Positions 21,401 to 31,184 of a DNA stretch of 58,124 bases are shown piece by piece (position 1 is the first letter of the stretch; the number at the start of each line of letters is the position of its first letter). The notes beneath the pieces are model-generated. The model was not told where the DNA came from. It ran no database searches and saw only the letters and a program-made list of their open reading frames with translations. The translations under genes and the position numbers were made by a program. The DNA is from Macrostomum lignano (Eukaryota), in NCBI GenBank assembly GCA_002269645.1, contig NIVC01004146.1, positions 1 to 58,124 of the forward strand, in the 5' to 3' direction.

Positions 21401-23100
21401 CCGCCTGGATGCAATCCGACAGTCCAAAGCCTCGCGAGCTTCCGCGGTGACAATGGCGACATCTTGGCGCGTCTCGGCGTCAGTAGGATAAACCAGAGGC
21501 ACCGACCAGTGGGCCAAGAGTTTCAGAAGGTCTCGATGTGGCCGCAACGATGGAATGTTGTCCAGATAGAATGGCTGCGGGAGAATGCCCTTTGCTACTG
21601 TTACTCCAGTTAGCATTTGTACCCCGGCGCCTGACTACTGAGCACACAAGCGAGCCAACACAGTACTGCAGGCACTCATGCACACGCTCACACAGGGTGT
21701 ACACGAACCTCGAAAGCTACGGTGGTCTCGGCAGCAGCAGCAGCTGTGGCAGTGGCGGGCCGTAGCGCTGGATCGCAACAGTCCAGATCGTCATCAAGCC
21801 AGGCAGCGCACTGCTGATTGACAGCTGCTGCTGATGTTGCTGCTGGAGCAGCTGCAGCTGTCGGCTCGGGGGTTGCCGGCTTTGAGACTGCGGGATGGAC
21901 AGATTTTTATCAACATGAGATCTGGTAAGCTTGCCTAGCAACTGAGGATCTGGTAAGCTTGCCTAGCAACTGAGGATCTAGTAAGCTTGCCTAGCAACTG
22001 AGGATCTGGTAAGCTTGCCTAGCAACTGAGGATCTGGTAAGCTTGCCTAGCAACTGAGGATCTGGTAAGCTTGCCTAGCAACTGAGGATCTAGTAAGCTT
22101 GCCTAGCAACTGAGGATCTGGTAAGCTTGCCTAGCAACTGAGGATCTAGTAAGCTTGCCTAGCAACTGAGGATCTGGTAAGCTTGCCTAGCAACTGAGGA
22201 TCTGGTAAGCTTGCCTAGCAACTGAGGATCTGGTAAGCTTGCCTAGCAACTAAGGATCTGGTAAGCTCGCCTAGCAACTGAGGATCTGGTAAGCTTGCCT
22301 AGCAACTGAGGATCTGGTAAGCTTGCCTAGCAACTAAGGATCTGGTAAGCTCGCCTAGCAACTGAGGATCTGGTAAGCTTGCCTAGCAACTGAGGATCTG
22401 GTAAGCTCGCCTAGCAACTGAGTATCTGGTAAGCTTGCCTAGCAACTGAGGATCTGGTAAGCTTGCCTAGCAACTGAGGATCTGGTAAGCTTGCCTAGCA
22501 ACTGAGGATCTGGTAAGCTCGCCTAGCAACTGAGTATCTGGTAAGCTTGCCTAGCAACTGAGGATCTGGTAAGCTCGCCTAGCAACTGAGGATCTGGTAA
22601 GCTTGCCTAGCAACTGAGGATCTGGTAAGCTTGCCTAGCAACTGAGGATCTGGTAAGCTCGCCTAGCAACTGAGGATCTGGTAAGCTTGCCTAGCAACTG
22701 AGGATCTGGGAGGCTTAGCGGTCGCCCAGCAAATGAGGGTCCAGAAGGCTTCGGTTTCAACACTGAACTAAAGACGTTATTGCAATCGCAGAACTCATTT
22801 GTAAACTGCATTGTATGCATTAGAGACGTATTTTGCTAGACTATTTGTTGATTTCTAGAAGGGTAAATATAAAACCCTAAAGATGCTACTAACTTGACAA
22901 AGTAGTTCAGTAAGTTCGGTAAATCCCCACTCACGCGACTGAGCAATCTCGGGCGTGACCAACGCCCAGAAGTCATTCTGCTGCCCAGCTGAGTCGCCGG
23001 TGTCGCCCAGGTCGTCCCGGTGCAAACTGTCGTGTACGAATTCGATCAGACTGGCCACGCTGGCTTTCAATTCGACATTGTGCCCGATGGGTATCGACAT
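1..23100 (-). CDS. BRCA2: BRCA2 ortholog, multi-exon, 3' end beyond the left edge of the window
   Basis: Exons in transcript order: 23100-22935, 21887-21709, 21574-~20182, 18944-18916, 18878-18490, 1463-1319, 477-<1. All junctions are GT-AG and phase-compatible; the 20182 donor and 21574 acceptor are the least certain. Four FxTAxG BRC repeats, helical-domain motif WLRNHYRLLVWR..LLHQLRYRYDRE, then RRILERD..LALQV and VTLTDGWY..AQLD..LHGNSTR of OB1. One -1 frameshift at 148-151. Confidence 0.93.
603..1224. repeat. 21-bp minisatellite (ACAGGTAGAGGGGAGACACAG)x~30 in a BRCA2 intron
   Basis: Direct tandem periodicity; produces the spurious 7-aa-repeat ORFs in the track. Confidence 0.97.
1319..1463 (-). 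CDS. BRCA2: BRCA2 exon linking the helical domain to OB1
   Basis: 145 nt. Its first base A completes the split codon CG from exon 18490, giving RPCIRRILERDSPPSSRLALQVVSLQW..QQLK (human [22 protein letters not shown]). The donor GTTCAC is weak. Confidence 0.85.
1671..1920 (-). mobile_element. tRNA-derived SINE, full-length copy 1 (CORE-like central domain)
   Basis: Minus strand has an A box TAGCCAGTGG and a B box GGTTCGATTCC, then GTGTCCTT..GCAAGACACT..CACCCAGCTGTAAAATGGG. Homologous to copies at 8161, 9792 and 12729. Confidence 0.85.
2563..6652 (+). CDS. NLR-type protein (~1283 aa): DZIP3-like HEPN, coiled coil, CARD, NACHT, LRR
   Basis: Exons 2563-2616, 2701-3817, 3895-4036, 4114-6652, all GT-AG and in phase. 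HEPN-like 2761-3204; CARD-like 3526-3770; Walker A GDPGTGKST 4187-4213; Walker B LLIIDGYED; C-terminal ribonuclease-inhibitor-type LRRs. Confidence 0.9.
8161..8405 (-). mobile_element. tRNA-derived SINE, full-length copy 2
   Basis: Colinear with and highly similar by eye to 1671-1920; A and B boxes present. Confidence 0.85.
8727..8963. repeat. 22-bp minisatellite (TTAGGGCAATGAGAATCACACT)x~11
   Basis: Tandem periodicity; reverse complement of the 13408-14402 array. Confidence 0.97.
9355..17178 (+). CDS. Atypical extra-large heterotrimeric G-protein alpha subunit (~717 aa)
   Basis: Exons 9355-9738, 10911-11040, 11531-11715, ~12050-12478, 12891-13300, 14521-14649, 16005-16134, 16218-16374, 16979-17178, all in phase. 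Motifs: RSKQID..IHLLLIG-GNGCGKST, YVPTLQDILAIR, DLAGQRSQRHKWIHYFE, LFLNKLD, IYTHLITAID, C-terminus NLKKSITIF. The acceptors at 10911 and 12050 are the least certain. Confidence 0.88.
9792..10010 (+). mobile_element. tRNA-derived SINE copy 3 (deletion between A and B boxes), in G-alpha intron 1
   Basis: TGTAGCCTACTGGTT..GGTTCGATT, then TGTGTCCTTGAGAAAGACAC..CACCCAGCAGTAAAATGGG. Reverse complement of copies 1 and 2. Confidence 0.8.
11128..11370. repeat. Degenerate 21-bp minisatellite (GAAGTGTGTCTACCACAGCCT) in G-alpha intron 2
   Basis: About five good units, then decaying copies. Confidence 0.8.
12729..12845 (-). mobile_element. Truncated SINE copy 4, in G-alpha intron 4
   Basis: Matches the 3' and central parts of copies 1 and 2; internal deletion joined at CTGG microhomology; no tRNA head. 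Confidence 0.8.
13408..14402. repeat. 22-bp minisatellite (GATTCTCATTGCCCTAAAGTGT)x~45 in G-alpha intron 5
   Basis: Highly homogeneous tandem array. Confidence 0.98.
14677..15365. repeat. ~21-bp pyrimidine-rich minisatellite (TGTCCATCTTCCTGTCRCTGT-type) in G-alpha intron 6
   Basis: Tandem periodicity; 7-aa repeats in the ORF track. Confidence 0.93.
15446..15907. repeat. 21-bp minisatellite (CTGTGTACACCCCCTGTCTAT) in G-alpha intron 6
   Basis: Tandem periodicity with shorter variant units. Confidence 0.95.
16391..16908. repeat. 22-bp minisatellite (GCCCTGATTATCCATCAAAATC)x~23 in G-alpha intron 8
   Basis: Tandem periodicity. Confidence 0.93.
17330..17335 (+). terminator. Candidate polyadenylation signal of the G-alpha gene
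   Basis: AATAAA about 150 nt after the stop codon; position and motif only. Confidence 0.5.
17345..18425. repeat. 21-bp minisatellite (ACTGACACAAATCATTAATCT)x~50 at the 5' end of the 17 kb BRCA2 intron
   Basis: Tandem periodicity; gives stop-free frames on both strands. Confidence 0.97.
18490..18944 (-). CDS. BRCA2: BRCA2 helical-domain exon (18878-18490) plus a 29-nt micro-exon (18944-18916)
   Basis: LRSQPGIRAPALTEAWLRNHYRLLVWRMSA..FSPEHLLHQLRYRYDRE matches the BRCA2 helical domain. Donor GTGAGT at 18489; 37-nt intron at 18879-18915. Confidence 0.9.
18991..20153. repeat. 29-bp minisatellite (GGGGCCCAGCAACTGTGGATCTGAGAATG)x~40 in a BRCA2 intron
   Basis: Tandem periodicity; shares a core with the arrays at 21919 and 25313. 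Confidence 0.97.
20182..21574 (-). CDS. BRCA2: BRCA2 large exon with four BRC repeats (~20495-20995)
   Basis: FCTASGRLVSFSAEAMRKAKQL, FSTAGGKSLQVSTSALRKARQL, FSTAGGRSVGVSASALKRAQKLLDE, FSTAGGRTVQVSASAMARAKAL. Boundaries are inferred. Confidence 0.88.
21709..23100 (-). CDS. BRCA2: BRCA2 first two coding exons (23100-22935 and 21887-21709)
   Basis: ATG at 23100; phase-1 donor GTGAGT at 22934; acceptor cccgcag at 21888. The frame stays open across both exons. Confidence 0.7.
21919..22709. repeat. 28-bp minisatellite (GCCTAGCAACTGAGGATCTGGTAAGCTT)x~28 in BRCA2 intron 1
   Basis: Homogeneous tandem array. Confidence 0.97.
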
Positions 23101-23597
23101 TCGATTGCTATTTAGTTGCTATGCACTATTTTTAGATATCGGTACGGGTTAGTAGGCAGTCTGGTACTTGTTAGAGATTGATTCTTGGTCGCTGAAAGTA
23201 GTATATAAGTACGATAAGTACACACGAGTGCCATTGAATTTCCTCAAAAAAATATGACTGAAGATGTATCCGTGAGGTAAATTATGTTCTGATGTTTAGT
23301 TGTGCTCGGTATTTCAATTACTTGTCTGCTAATTCTACATTGCATAAGTCATATTATTTACTCGTAGATTGTTGCTATGCGAGTGCAAATAGACAGCTGA
23401 AGTCAATTAATGTCAGTTGTGCCAGACAACACTAGTTAGTCGTAATAGACTTGCATTCCCTTTCACAATAATTTTGCTTTGTCGAAGTCGTGAAGATTTT
23501 TTAGCAAATTGGGCTACTGAAAGTGCCTAGGAAGACTTTTTGACGATGTTTATTATCGAACTCAAGAATTTTTTAGCTTGTCAAGCGTCGAGTTTGA

Positions 23598-24715
23598 AAA
23601 GCTTCAAGCTTGAGAAGTTTTGAGCTTGAGAGTTTTGAGCTTAAGAGTTTTGAGCTTGAGAATGTTTAGAGCTTGAGAGATTTTGAGCTTGAGAAGGTTT
23701 TGGGCTTGAGAAGGTTTTAAGCTTGAGAAACTTCGAGCTTGAGAAGTTTTGAGCTTGTGAAGCTTCGAGCCTGAGAAGTTTTGAGCTTGAGAAGTTTTGA
23801 GCTTGAGAAAGTTTTGAACTTGAGGTTTTGAGCTTGAGAAGTTTTGAGCATGAGAAGGTTTGAACTTGAGAAGGTTTTGAACTTGAGGTTTTGAGCATGA
23901 GGTTTTGAGCATGAGAAGGTTTTGAGCATGAGAAGGTTTGAGCTTGAGAAGGTTTTGAACTTGAGGTTTTGAGCATGAGAAGGTTTTGAGCATGAGAAGG
24001 TTTGAGCTTGAGGTTTTGAACTTGAGGTTTTGAGCTTGAGAAGTTTTGAGCTTGAGAAGTTTTGAGCTTGAGAAAGTTTTGAACTTGAGGTTTTGAGCTT
24101 GAGAAGTTTTGAGCATGAGAAGGTTTGAACTTGAGAAGGTTTTGAACTTGAGGTTTTGAGCATGAGGTTTTGAGCATGAGAAGGTTTTGAGCATGAGAAG
24201 GTTTGAGCTTGAGAAGGTTTTGAACTTGAGGTTTTGAGCATGAGAAGGTTTTGAGCATGAGAAGGTTTGAGCTTGAGGTTTTGAACTTGAGGTTTTGAGC
24301 TTGAGAAGTTTTGAGCTAGAGAAGTTTTGAGCTTGAGAAGTTTTGAGCTAGAGAAGTTTTGAGCTTGAGAAGTTTGAACTCGTAAAGCTTTGAGCTTGAG
24401 AAGTTTGAACTCGTAAAGCTTTGAGCTTGAGAGTTCAGAGCTTGAGAAGGTTTTGAGCTTGATAAGTTTTGAACTCGAGAAGCTTCGAGCTTGATAAGTT
24501 TTGAGCTTGTGAAGCTTCAAGCTTGAGAAGTTTTGAGCTTGTGAAGCTTCGAGCTTGAGAAGTTTTGAGCTTAAGAAGGAGGTTTTGAGCTTGAGAAGTT
24601 TAGACCTTGAGAAGGAGGTTTTGAGCTTGAGAAGTTTTGAGATTGCGAAGCTTCGAGCTTGAGAAGTTTTAAGCTTGAGAAGATTTTGAGCTCGAAAAAT
24701 TTTGAGCTTGAGAAA
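23598..24715. repeat. Complex ~17-18-bp satellite (TTTTGAGCTTGAGAAG-type) between CEP85-like and BRCA2
   Basis: Variable-length units with repeated higher-order blocks. Confidence 0.93.
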
Positions 24716-25312
24716 TTTAAAAACCCTTAAAATCGTTTAAATTTATTCATATCCTACACACCAGCTTTATTATAAAAATTTCAAAATTTCATAAATAAAT
24801 AAAAACGCTATGACAAAGCAGCGAACAAAAAAGAAATTTGAAATCAGCGACAGAAACACAGTGCTTTATTTGCTACTTTATGTCAATAGACAATTAATTG
24901 ACTGATTTGGTGTATTGATTGATTTGCGCTAGACTTTATCAGGCAAAATGAAGTCTAGCGCTACAGACACTGTAATAGTAACATTGGTAGTATTGGAATG
25001 GATGCAGTATTCTTTGTAAAACTGTGAATAATTTTATTTAATTTACCTGACTTCGAAGTTCATTTTTAGGACGGCAATAAATCATAAACTAGCAGCCAAG
25101 TCTCAGACAGGAGGGTGCTAATTAAATATGAAATACGCACGCGACCGGCACATTTTAAAAGCGAATTGAGAAGAGCATGCGGCTCTGTACTACGCAGCAG
25201 TTACTACTGAAATACTGAGGCGCTCAGTAAGTAGCATATGTACAGAGCAAAACGTTAATAAAAACTGCTATATTACAGCAGCAGCAGGAGCACTAACTTC
25301 TGATGCGATAAA

Positions 25313-25666
25313 GCCCAGCAACTGGGGACTTAGGAGGCTGGCCCAGCAACTCGGGATCTGGGAGGCTGGTGGCCCAGCAACTGGGGACTTAGGAGGCTGG
25401 CCCAGCAACTCGGGATCTGGGAGGCTGGTGGCCTAGCAACTGAGGATCTGGGAGGCTGGTGGCCTAGCAACTGAGGATCTGGGGCGCTGGTGGCCCAGCA
25501 ACTGAGGATCTGGGAGGCTGGCGGCCCAGCAACTGAGGATCTGGGAGGCTGGCGGCCCAGCAACTGAGGATCTGGGAGGCTGGCGGCCCAGCAACTGAGG
25601 ATCTGGGAGGCTGATGGCCCAGCAACTGAGGATCTGGGAGGCTGGTGGCTTAGCAACCGAGGATCT
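25313..25666. repeat. 28-31-bp minisatellite (GGCCCAGCAACTGAGGATCTGGGAGGCTGGC)x~12, downstream of the CEP85-like stop
   Basis: Tandem periodicity; same core as 18991 and 21919. Confidence 0.95.
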
Positions 25667-25737
25667 GGATCCGAATTCGGATCTATTAGAATGGAGCAAA
25701 GCTGGAGTGAATATTTACACACGCAGTCGCTGCCCAG

Positions 25738-28700
25738 TCACTGCACCAGGCAACTCTGCAGCTGGCCGCTGAGCTGATCTGCATACCGGGCAGCCACAGC
25801 CCGTCTGGCCGCATCCAGCCTCCGCCGCAAAGCTCGAACTCGCTCCATCTCGGCTAAAACAGCGGCAGTTCCAGCCTGAGCGTCGACCTGCTGCTGCTGC
25901 TGCTGTTGATGTTGATCTTCGATCTCGTCAGCAGACTCGCACTGCTTGCCACCTGCGACACCGTCCTCAGCAGAGCTGCCAGGCAGAAACAGCAGGCCCA
26001 GGTCCGGCTCCCGACCGTCCGCTAGCTGGCTGCACAGTTCAACAAAGCTTGTCAACTCGTCAACGGCTGAGCCTGTCTCGCGAGCCAGCCGTTGTCGGGC
26101 TCGTCGCCAGCCGGCGTCGGTGAGCTGGTCGAGCCGATTGGCTTTGGCTCTGGCCGAGACCAGCTCAGATAGGAGCGACTGGCGCGGGGTCAAGGGGATT
26201 GATTATTAACAAAATAGTCGGTCATATAAACAGTGATACAGTTGGTCATATACACAGTCATAGAGTTGGTCATGTACACAGTCATAAAGTCGGTCATATA
26301 AACAGTCATAGAGTTGGTCATGTACACAGTTATAAAGTCGGTCATATACACAGTCATAGAGTTGGTCATGTACACAGTCATAAAGTCGGTCATATAAACA
26401 GTCATAGAGTTGGTCATGCACACAGTCATAAAGTCGGTCATATACACAGTCATAGAGTTGGTCATGTACACAGTCATAAAGTCGGTCATATAAACAGTCA
26501 TAGAGTTGGTCATGCACACAGTCATAAAGTCGGTCATATACACAGTCATAGAGTTGGTCATGTACACAGTCATAAAGTCGGTCATATACACAGTCATAGA
26601 GTTGGTCATGTACACAGTCATAAAGTCGGTCATATAAACAGTCATAGAGTTGGTCATGTACACAGTCATAAAGTCGGTCATGTACACAGTCATAGAGTTG
26701 GTCATGTACACAGTCATAAAGTCGGTCATATACACAGTCATAGAGTTGGTCATGTACACAGTCATAAAGTCGGTCATGTACACAGTCATAGAGTTGGTCA
26801 TGTACACAGTCATAAAGTCGGTCATATACACAGTCATAGAGTTGGTCATGTACACAGTCATAAAGTCGGTCATGTACACAGTCAAAGAGTTGGTCATGTA
26901 CACAGTCATAAAGTCGGTCATATAAACAGTCATAGAGTTGGTCATATAAACAGTCATAGAGCTGGTCATATAAACAGTCATAGATTCGGTCATATAAACA
27001 GTCATAGAGCTGGTCATGTACACAGTCATAAAGTCGGTCATGTACACAGTCAAAGAGTTGGTCATGTACACAGTCATAAAGTCGGTCATATAAACAGTCA
27101 TAGAGTTGGTCATATAAACAGTCATAGAGCTGGTCATATAAACAGTCATAGATTCGGTCATATAAACAGTCATAGATTCGGTTATCTAAACAGTAATGGA
27201 GCCGTCGGTCATCTAAATAGTCGTGGAGTCATGGAGTCACAGTCATGGAGTCGGTTATTTAAGCATACATAGAATCAGTCATAGGATCAGTCATATAATC
27301 AGTCATGGAATCAGTCACAGAGTTAGTCATAACGTCAGTCACAGAATCAGTCATAGAATCAGTCATGGAATCAGTCATAGAGTCAGTCATGGAACCAGAG
27401 TCTGTCATAGTCTCATCCAGCTCTCCAACCTGTTTCTCCGCCATGCAGTCCAGCAATTGGCGTTGCAATTTTCCCAGATCCCGTTGCAATTCCGATGTCG
27501 CGCCTCGCGCAGAGCTGAGCGCAGCCTCCTTCTCGGCCAGCCTATTTGAGCAGTCAGTCCGACATCGCTCCAGCTCAGCTTTGACCGAGGCCAGCTGAGC
27601 CTGCCGGTCAGCCAGCACTCGCCGACAATCGTCGTATCTTCGACTGTGCCGAGCTGCTTCGGCCTTCAAATCGGCAATTAAGTCGCGAGGCTCAGCTGAT
27701 TGGTCGTCGACAGCAGTGGGCGATTGTAAACGGTTGCTAAGGACGCTGACGTGCTGACGCAACTCGGCAACAGTGTCCGTGAGTTTCTCGTTGGCTACTT
27801 GTTGCTCCGAGAGCTGCTTGGCCTGAAAAGGCATTAAATAAGACCATAAATAAGATGTCCTATTAGTCAGTAATGTGTTATTAGTGTGATGAGTCATGGT
27901 GTCATTTACAAGCTAAGTGCCACACGAGTCATAGAAAGTCAGACAGGTGTCATGAGTCAGTGAGGTGTCATATGCTATGAGTCAGTGAGGTGTCACATGA
28001 TATGAGTCTGTGAGGTGTCATGATTTGAGTCAGTGAGGTGTCATATGCTATGAGTCAGTGAGGTGTCATATGCTATGAGTCAGTGAGGTGTCACATGATA
28101 TGAGTCAGTGAGGTGTCATATGCTATGAGTCAGTGAGGTGTCACATGATATGAGTCAGTGAGGTGTCATATGCTATGAGTCAGTGAGGTGTCATATGCTA
28201 TGAGTCAGTGAGGTGTCACATGCTATGAGTCAGTGAGGTGTCACATGACTCAGTGAAGAGTCAGCAAGTACAAACCTGCTCATCCAGGCGCTGATTCTGA
28301 GTGGTGCATCGCTGCTTATACTTCCTGGACCTGGCGAGCAGCCTGGCGCGATCCGATTTCAATTTAGCCACCTCCTCCAAGGTGGGAAATTGGGCCAGAA
28401 AGTCTTCCAGATCCCGCTGCTCCCGTCTGCACTTGGCCAGCTCGCGTTCGGCAGTTTCTCGGCGATCAGTTTCGGCGGCAAATTGGGACTCCAGGTCCGA
28501 CGCGGTGGCGGCTTCTTTTGCTAGTTTTTCGTTGGCTTTGGAGGCTGCGGCAGTTGCAGCCTCTTCGGCTTGAGCCGCGGCGTATTCGGCTGCTGCGAGT
28601 TTCTGCTCGAACTCGGCGCTTTGTCTGACGTGATGAAGATGGCGGGAATACCGGATTTTGCAATTGGAATGATGGAGTGAGCGGGCAATCATGGATCGGA

Positions 28701-29729
28701 GCTATGGTGGTCATTGGGGAGTCAGTTTAGAGTTACAGAGGACAATGAGAATCATAAGTCAGTGAGCGATCATAGCAGTCATTCAAGAGTCATAGCAGTC
28801 ATTCAAGAGTCATGGCAGTCATTCAAGAGTCATGGCAGTGATTCAAGAGTCATAGCAGTCATTTAAGAGTTATAGCAGTCATTAAGGAGTCATAACAGTC
28901 ATTCAAAAGTCATAGCAGTGATTCAAGAGTCATAGCAGTCATTTAAGAGTCATAGCAGTGATTCAAGAGTCATAGCAGTCAGTGAGCGGTCATAATAGTC
29001 ATTCAAGAGTCATAGTAGTCATTCAAGAGTCATAGTAGTCATTCAAGAGTCATATCAGTCAGTGAACAGTCATAGCAGTCAGTGAGCGGTAATAACAGTC
29101 ATTCAAGGGTCATAGCAGTCAGTGAATAGTCATAGCAGTCAGTGAGCGGTCATAACAGTCATTCAAGAGTCATAGCAGTCAGTGAATAGTCATGAGTCAG
29201 TTCAAAGTAATCTGTCAGTAAAGGGTCATAGCAGTCAGTGAACAGTCGTGACCGCAACCAACAGGTTAAAAACGGTTTCGCAGCCAATATTAAACTACCT
29301 GGCCAGCTCGGCAGTCAGACTCTCAATCCGACTTCGCAGGGCGGCATTCTCGTAGGCCAAATCTCTAGCGTGTTGCCTTAAAAATGTTCCAGCTGCCGAG
29401 TTAGCAGACGCCTCATCAACAGCAACATGATGATGATGATTATGATTATTCCCAGCTAAGCGCATTGCCAGCAGGCGCCTGTTTGCCTCCTCCAGATGCA
29501 AGATCTGAGCTTTCTGTCGGTCCATCAGCTGATTGGAAGGCCCACTGCAATCAACTTCTGGCTGATCAGCTGAGCTGTAGCCAAGCATCGGAGCGGCAGC
29601 CAGTCGCTTCTGCGACATCAGCTGTTCGTGCCGACGCTGTCGATTGAGAATATCAGCTAGCGGGTCGGCACCGCAGCCGCCGCCGGCAATTTCTGTTGGC
29701 GAGTCCGTTGCTGCCGTAGCGGTGATCAT
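25738..29729 (-). CDS. CEP85: CEP85/CEP85L-family centrosomal coiled-coil protein (~537 aa; 5' end uncertain)
   Basis: Exons 29729-29299, 28624-28276, 27822-27430, 26178-25738, all in phase. FLAQFPTLEE resembles CEP85 YLADLPTLED. The C-terminus GREPDLGLLF..ARYADQLSGQLQSCLVQ resembles GHDPNLSLLL..DRYAQDMGENCVTQ. Confidence 0.8.
26220..27185. repeat. 24-bp minisatellite arranged as a 48-bp dimer (GGTCATATACACAGTCATAGAGTT / GGTCATGTACACAGTCATAAAGTC) in a CEP85-like intron
   Basis: Two variants alternate; 16-aa period in the ORF track. Confidence 0.96.
27274..27410. repeat. Degenerate 12-bp repeat (AGTCATAGAATC) in the same intron
   Basis: Tandem AGTCA units. Confidence 0.8.
27950..28255. repeat. 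25-bp minisatellite (GAGTCAGTGAGGTGTCATATGCTAT)x~12 in a CEP85-like intron
   Basis: Tandem periodicity. Confidence 0.95.
28775..29250. repeat. 20-bp minisatellite (CATAGCAGTCATTCAAGAGT)x~23 in a CEP85-like intron
   Basis: Tandem periodicity. Confidence 0.93.
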
Positions 29730-29751
29730 GAAATGATTGATAGGCTTAAGT

Positions 29752-30490
29752 CTGACATCCCTGAAACCTGACATCCTTGAAAACTGACGTCCCTGAAACC
29801 TGACATCCCTGAAACCTGACATCCTTGAAACCTGACATCCTTGAAATCTGACATCTATGAAGCCTGACATCCCTGAAACCTGACATCCTTGAAACCTGAC
29901 ATCCCTGAAACCTGACATCCTTGAAACCTGACATCCTTGAAATCTGACATCTATGAAGCCTGACATCCCTGAAACCTGACATCCTTGAAACCTGACACCC
30001 TTGAAATCTGATAACCTTGAAATCTGACATCCTTGAAACCTGACATCCTTGAAAACTGACATCCTTGAAACCTGACGTCCCTGAAACCTGACATTCTTGA
30101 AATTTGACATTCTTGAAATTTGACATCCTTGAAACTGACATCCCTGAAATCTGACATCCTTGAAACCTGACATCCTTGAAACCTGACATCCTTGAAACCT
30201 GACATCCTTGAAACCTGACATCCTTGAAACCTGACATCCTTGAAACCTGACATCCTTGAAACCTGACATCCCTGAAACCTGACATTCTTGAAATTTGACA
30301 TTCTTGAAATTTGACATCCTTGAAACTGACATCCCTGAAATCTGACATCCTTGAAACCGGACATCCTTGAAACCTGACATCCTTGAAACCTGACATCCTT
30401 GAAACCTGACATCCTTGAAATCTGACATCCTTGAAACCTGACATCCCTGAAATCTGACATCCTTGAAACCTGACATCCGTTTAAAACTGA
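29752..30490. repeat. 16-bp minisatellite (CTGACATCCTTGAAAC)x~46, upstream of the first recognised CEP85-like exon
   Basis: Tandem periodicity with duplicated variant blocks. Confidence 0.96.
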
Positions 30491-31184
30491 CATTTAAACA
30501 TGTAATCCAGTGGTCTAGCACAGTGCTGTAATGCGCCAAAATTTCTAAAATTCTAAAAATCTAAAATTTCACAGCTAAAAACAACAAATTAAAAAAACAA
30601 AAAAATCAACAGACTCAAAAGTGCTCACTCATTAATAGGGTTTCAGTTGAATTATTATAAAAGGAAAGCAGCAATGCACAAGTTAGCAATAAATTTATGT
30701 TCAAGCAGAAATTAAGATGAACTCATTCAGGGTCCTGACACAGATTACACTGAGTCCTTAAATATGTAACTAAATTTAGATATAGCTTGTAAGAAGAAAT
30801 CATCAAGCGTGCAGATAAACCATGCACACAGTATTGAATTAGAAGTTGATTTTGTGTACAAACATAACGATGATTGGGAATGAGCAATCACTAGGTGTAA
30901 ATCATAGATCGCTTCTATAACTCGAACGTTCATTTTTGAATCAGTTGAAATGGCTACATGATTGCAATATTAGCATTAGTATAACAAAATAAACAATTAA
31001 TTAACATGATAGCACATAAGCATTAATGCATATATAGCATATAATCATTTAATATCTAAACCAGATACCCCGAGGCATTTAATAACTGTTTACATAAAGC
31101 AACACTTGTATTTACTATAATTATATATGTTGTGTAGGGAACAAGGTGCTAAGTGTAGAGGTGTCAAGGTATTTAACGGGGTTG

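Noticed and set aside
23604-24520. Lys/Ser/Leu-rich ORFs
   Set aside because: Satellite translations.
26190-27272. His-rich 357-aa and Met/Thr-rich 327-aa ORFs
   Set aside because: 24/48-bp array in a CEP85-like intron; they look like metal-binding proteins only by repeat artefact.
29746-30539. N-terminal Cys/Arg repeats of the 414-aa ORF
   Set aside because: 16-bp satellite in frame with the real exon.
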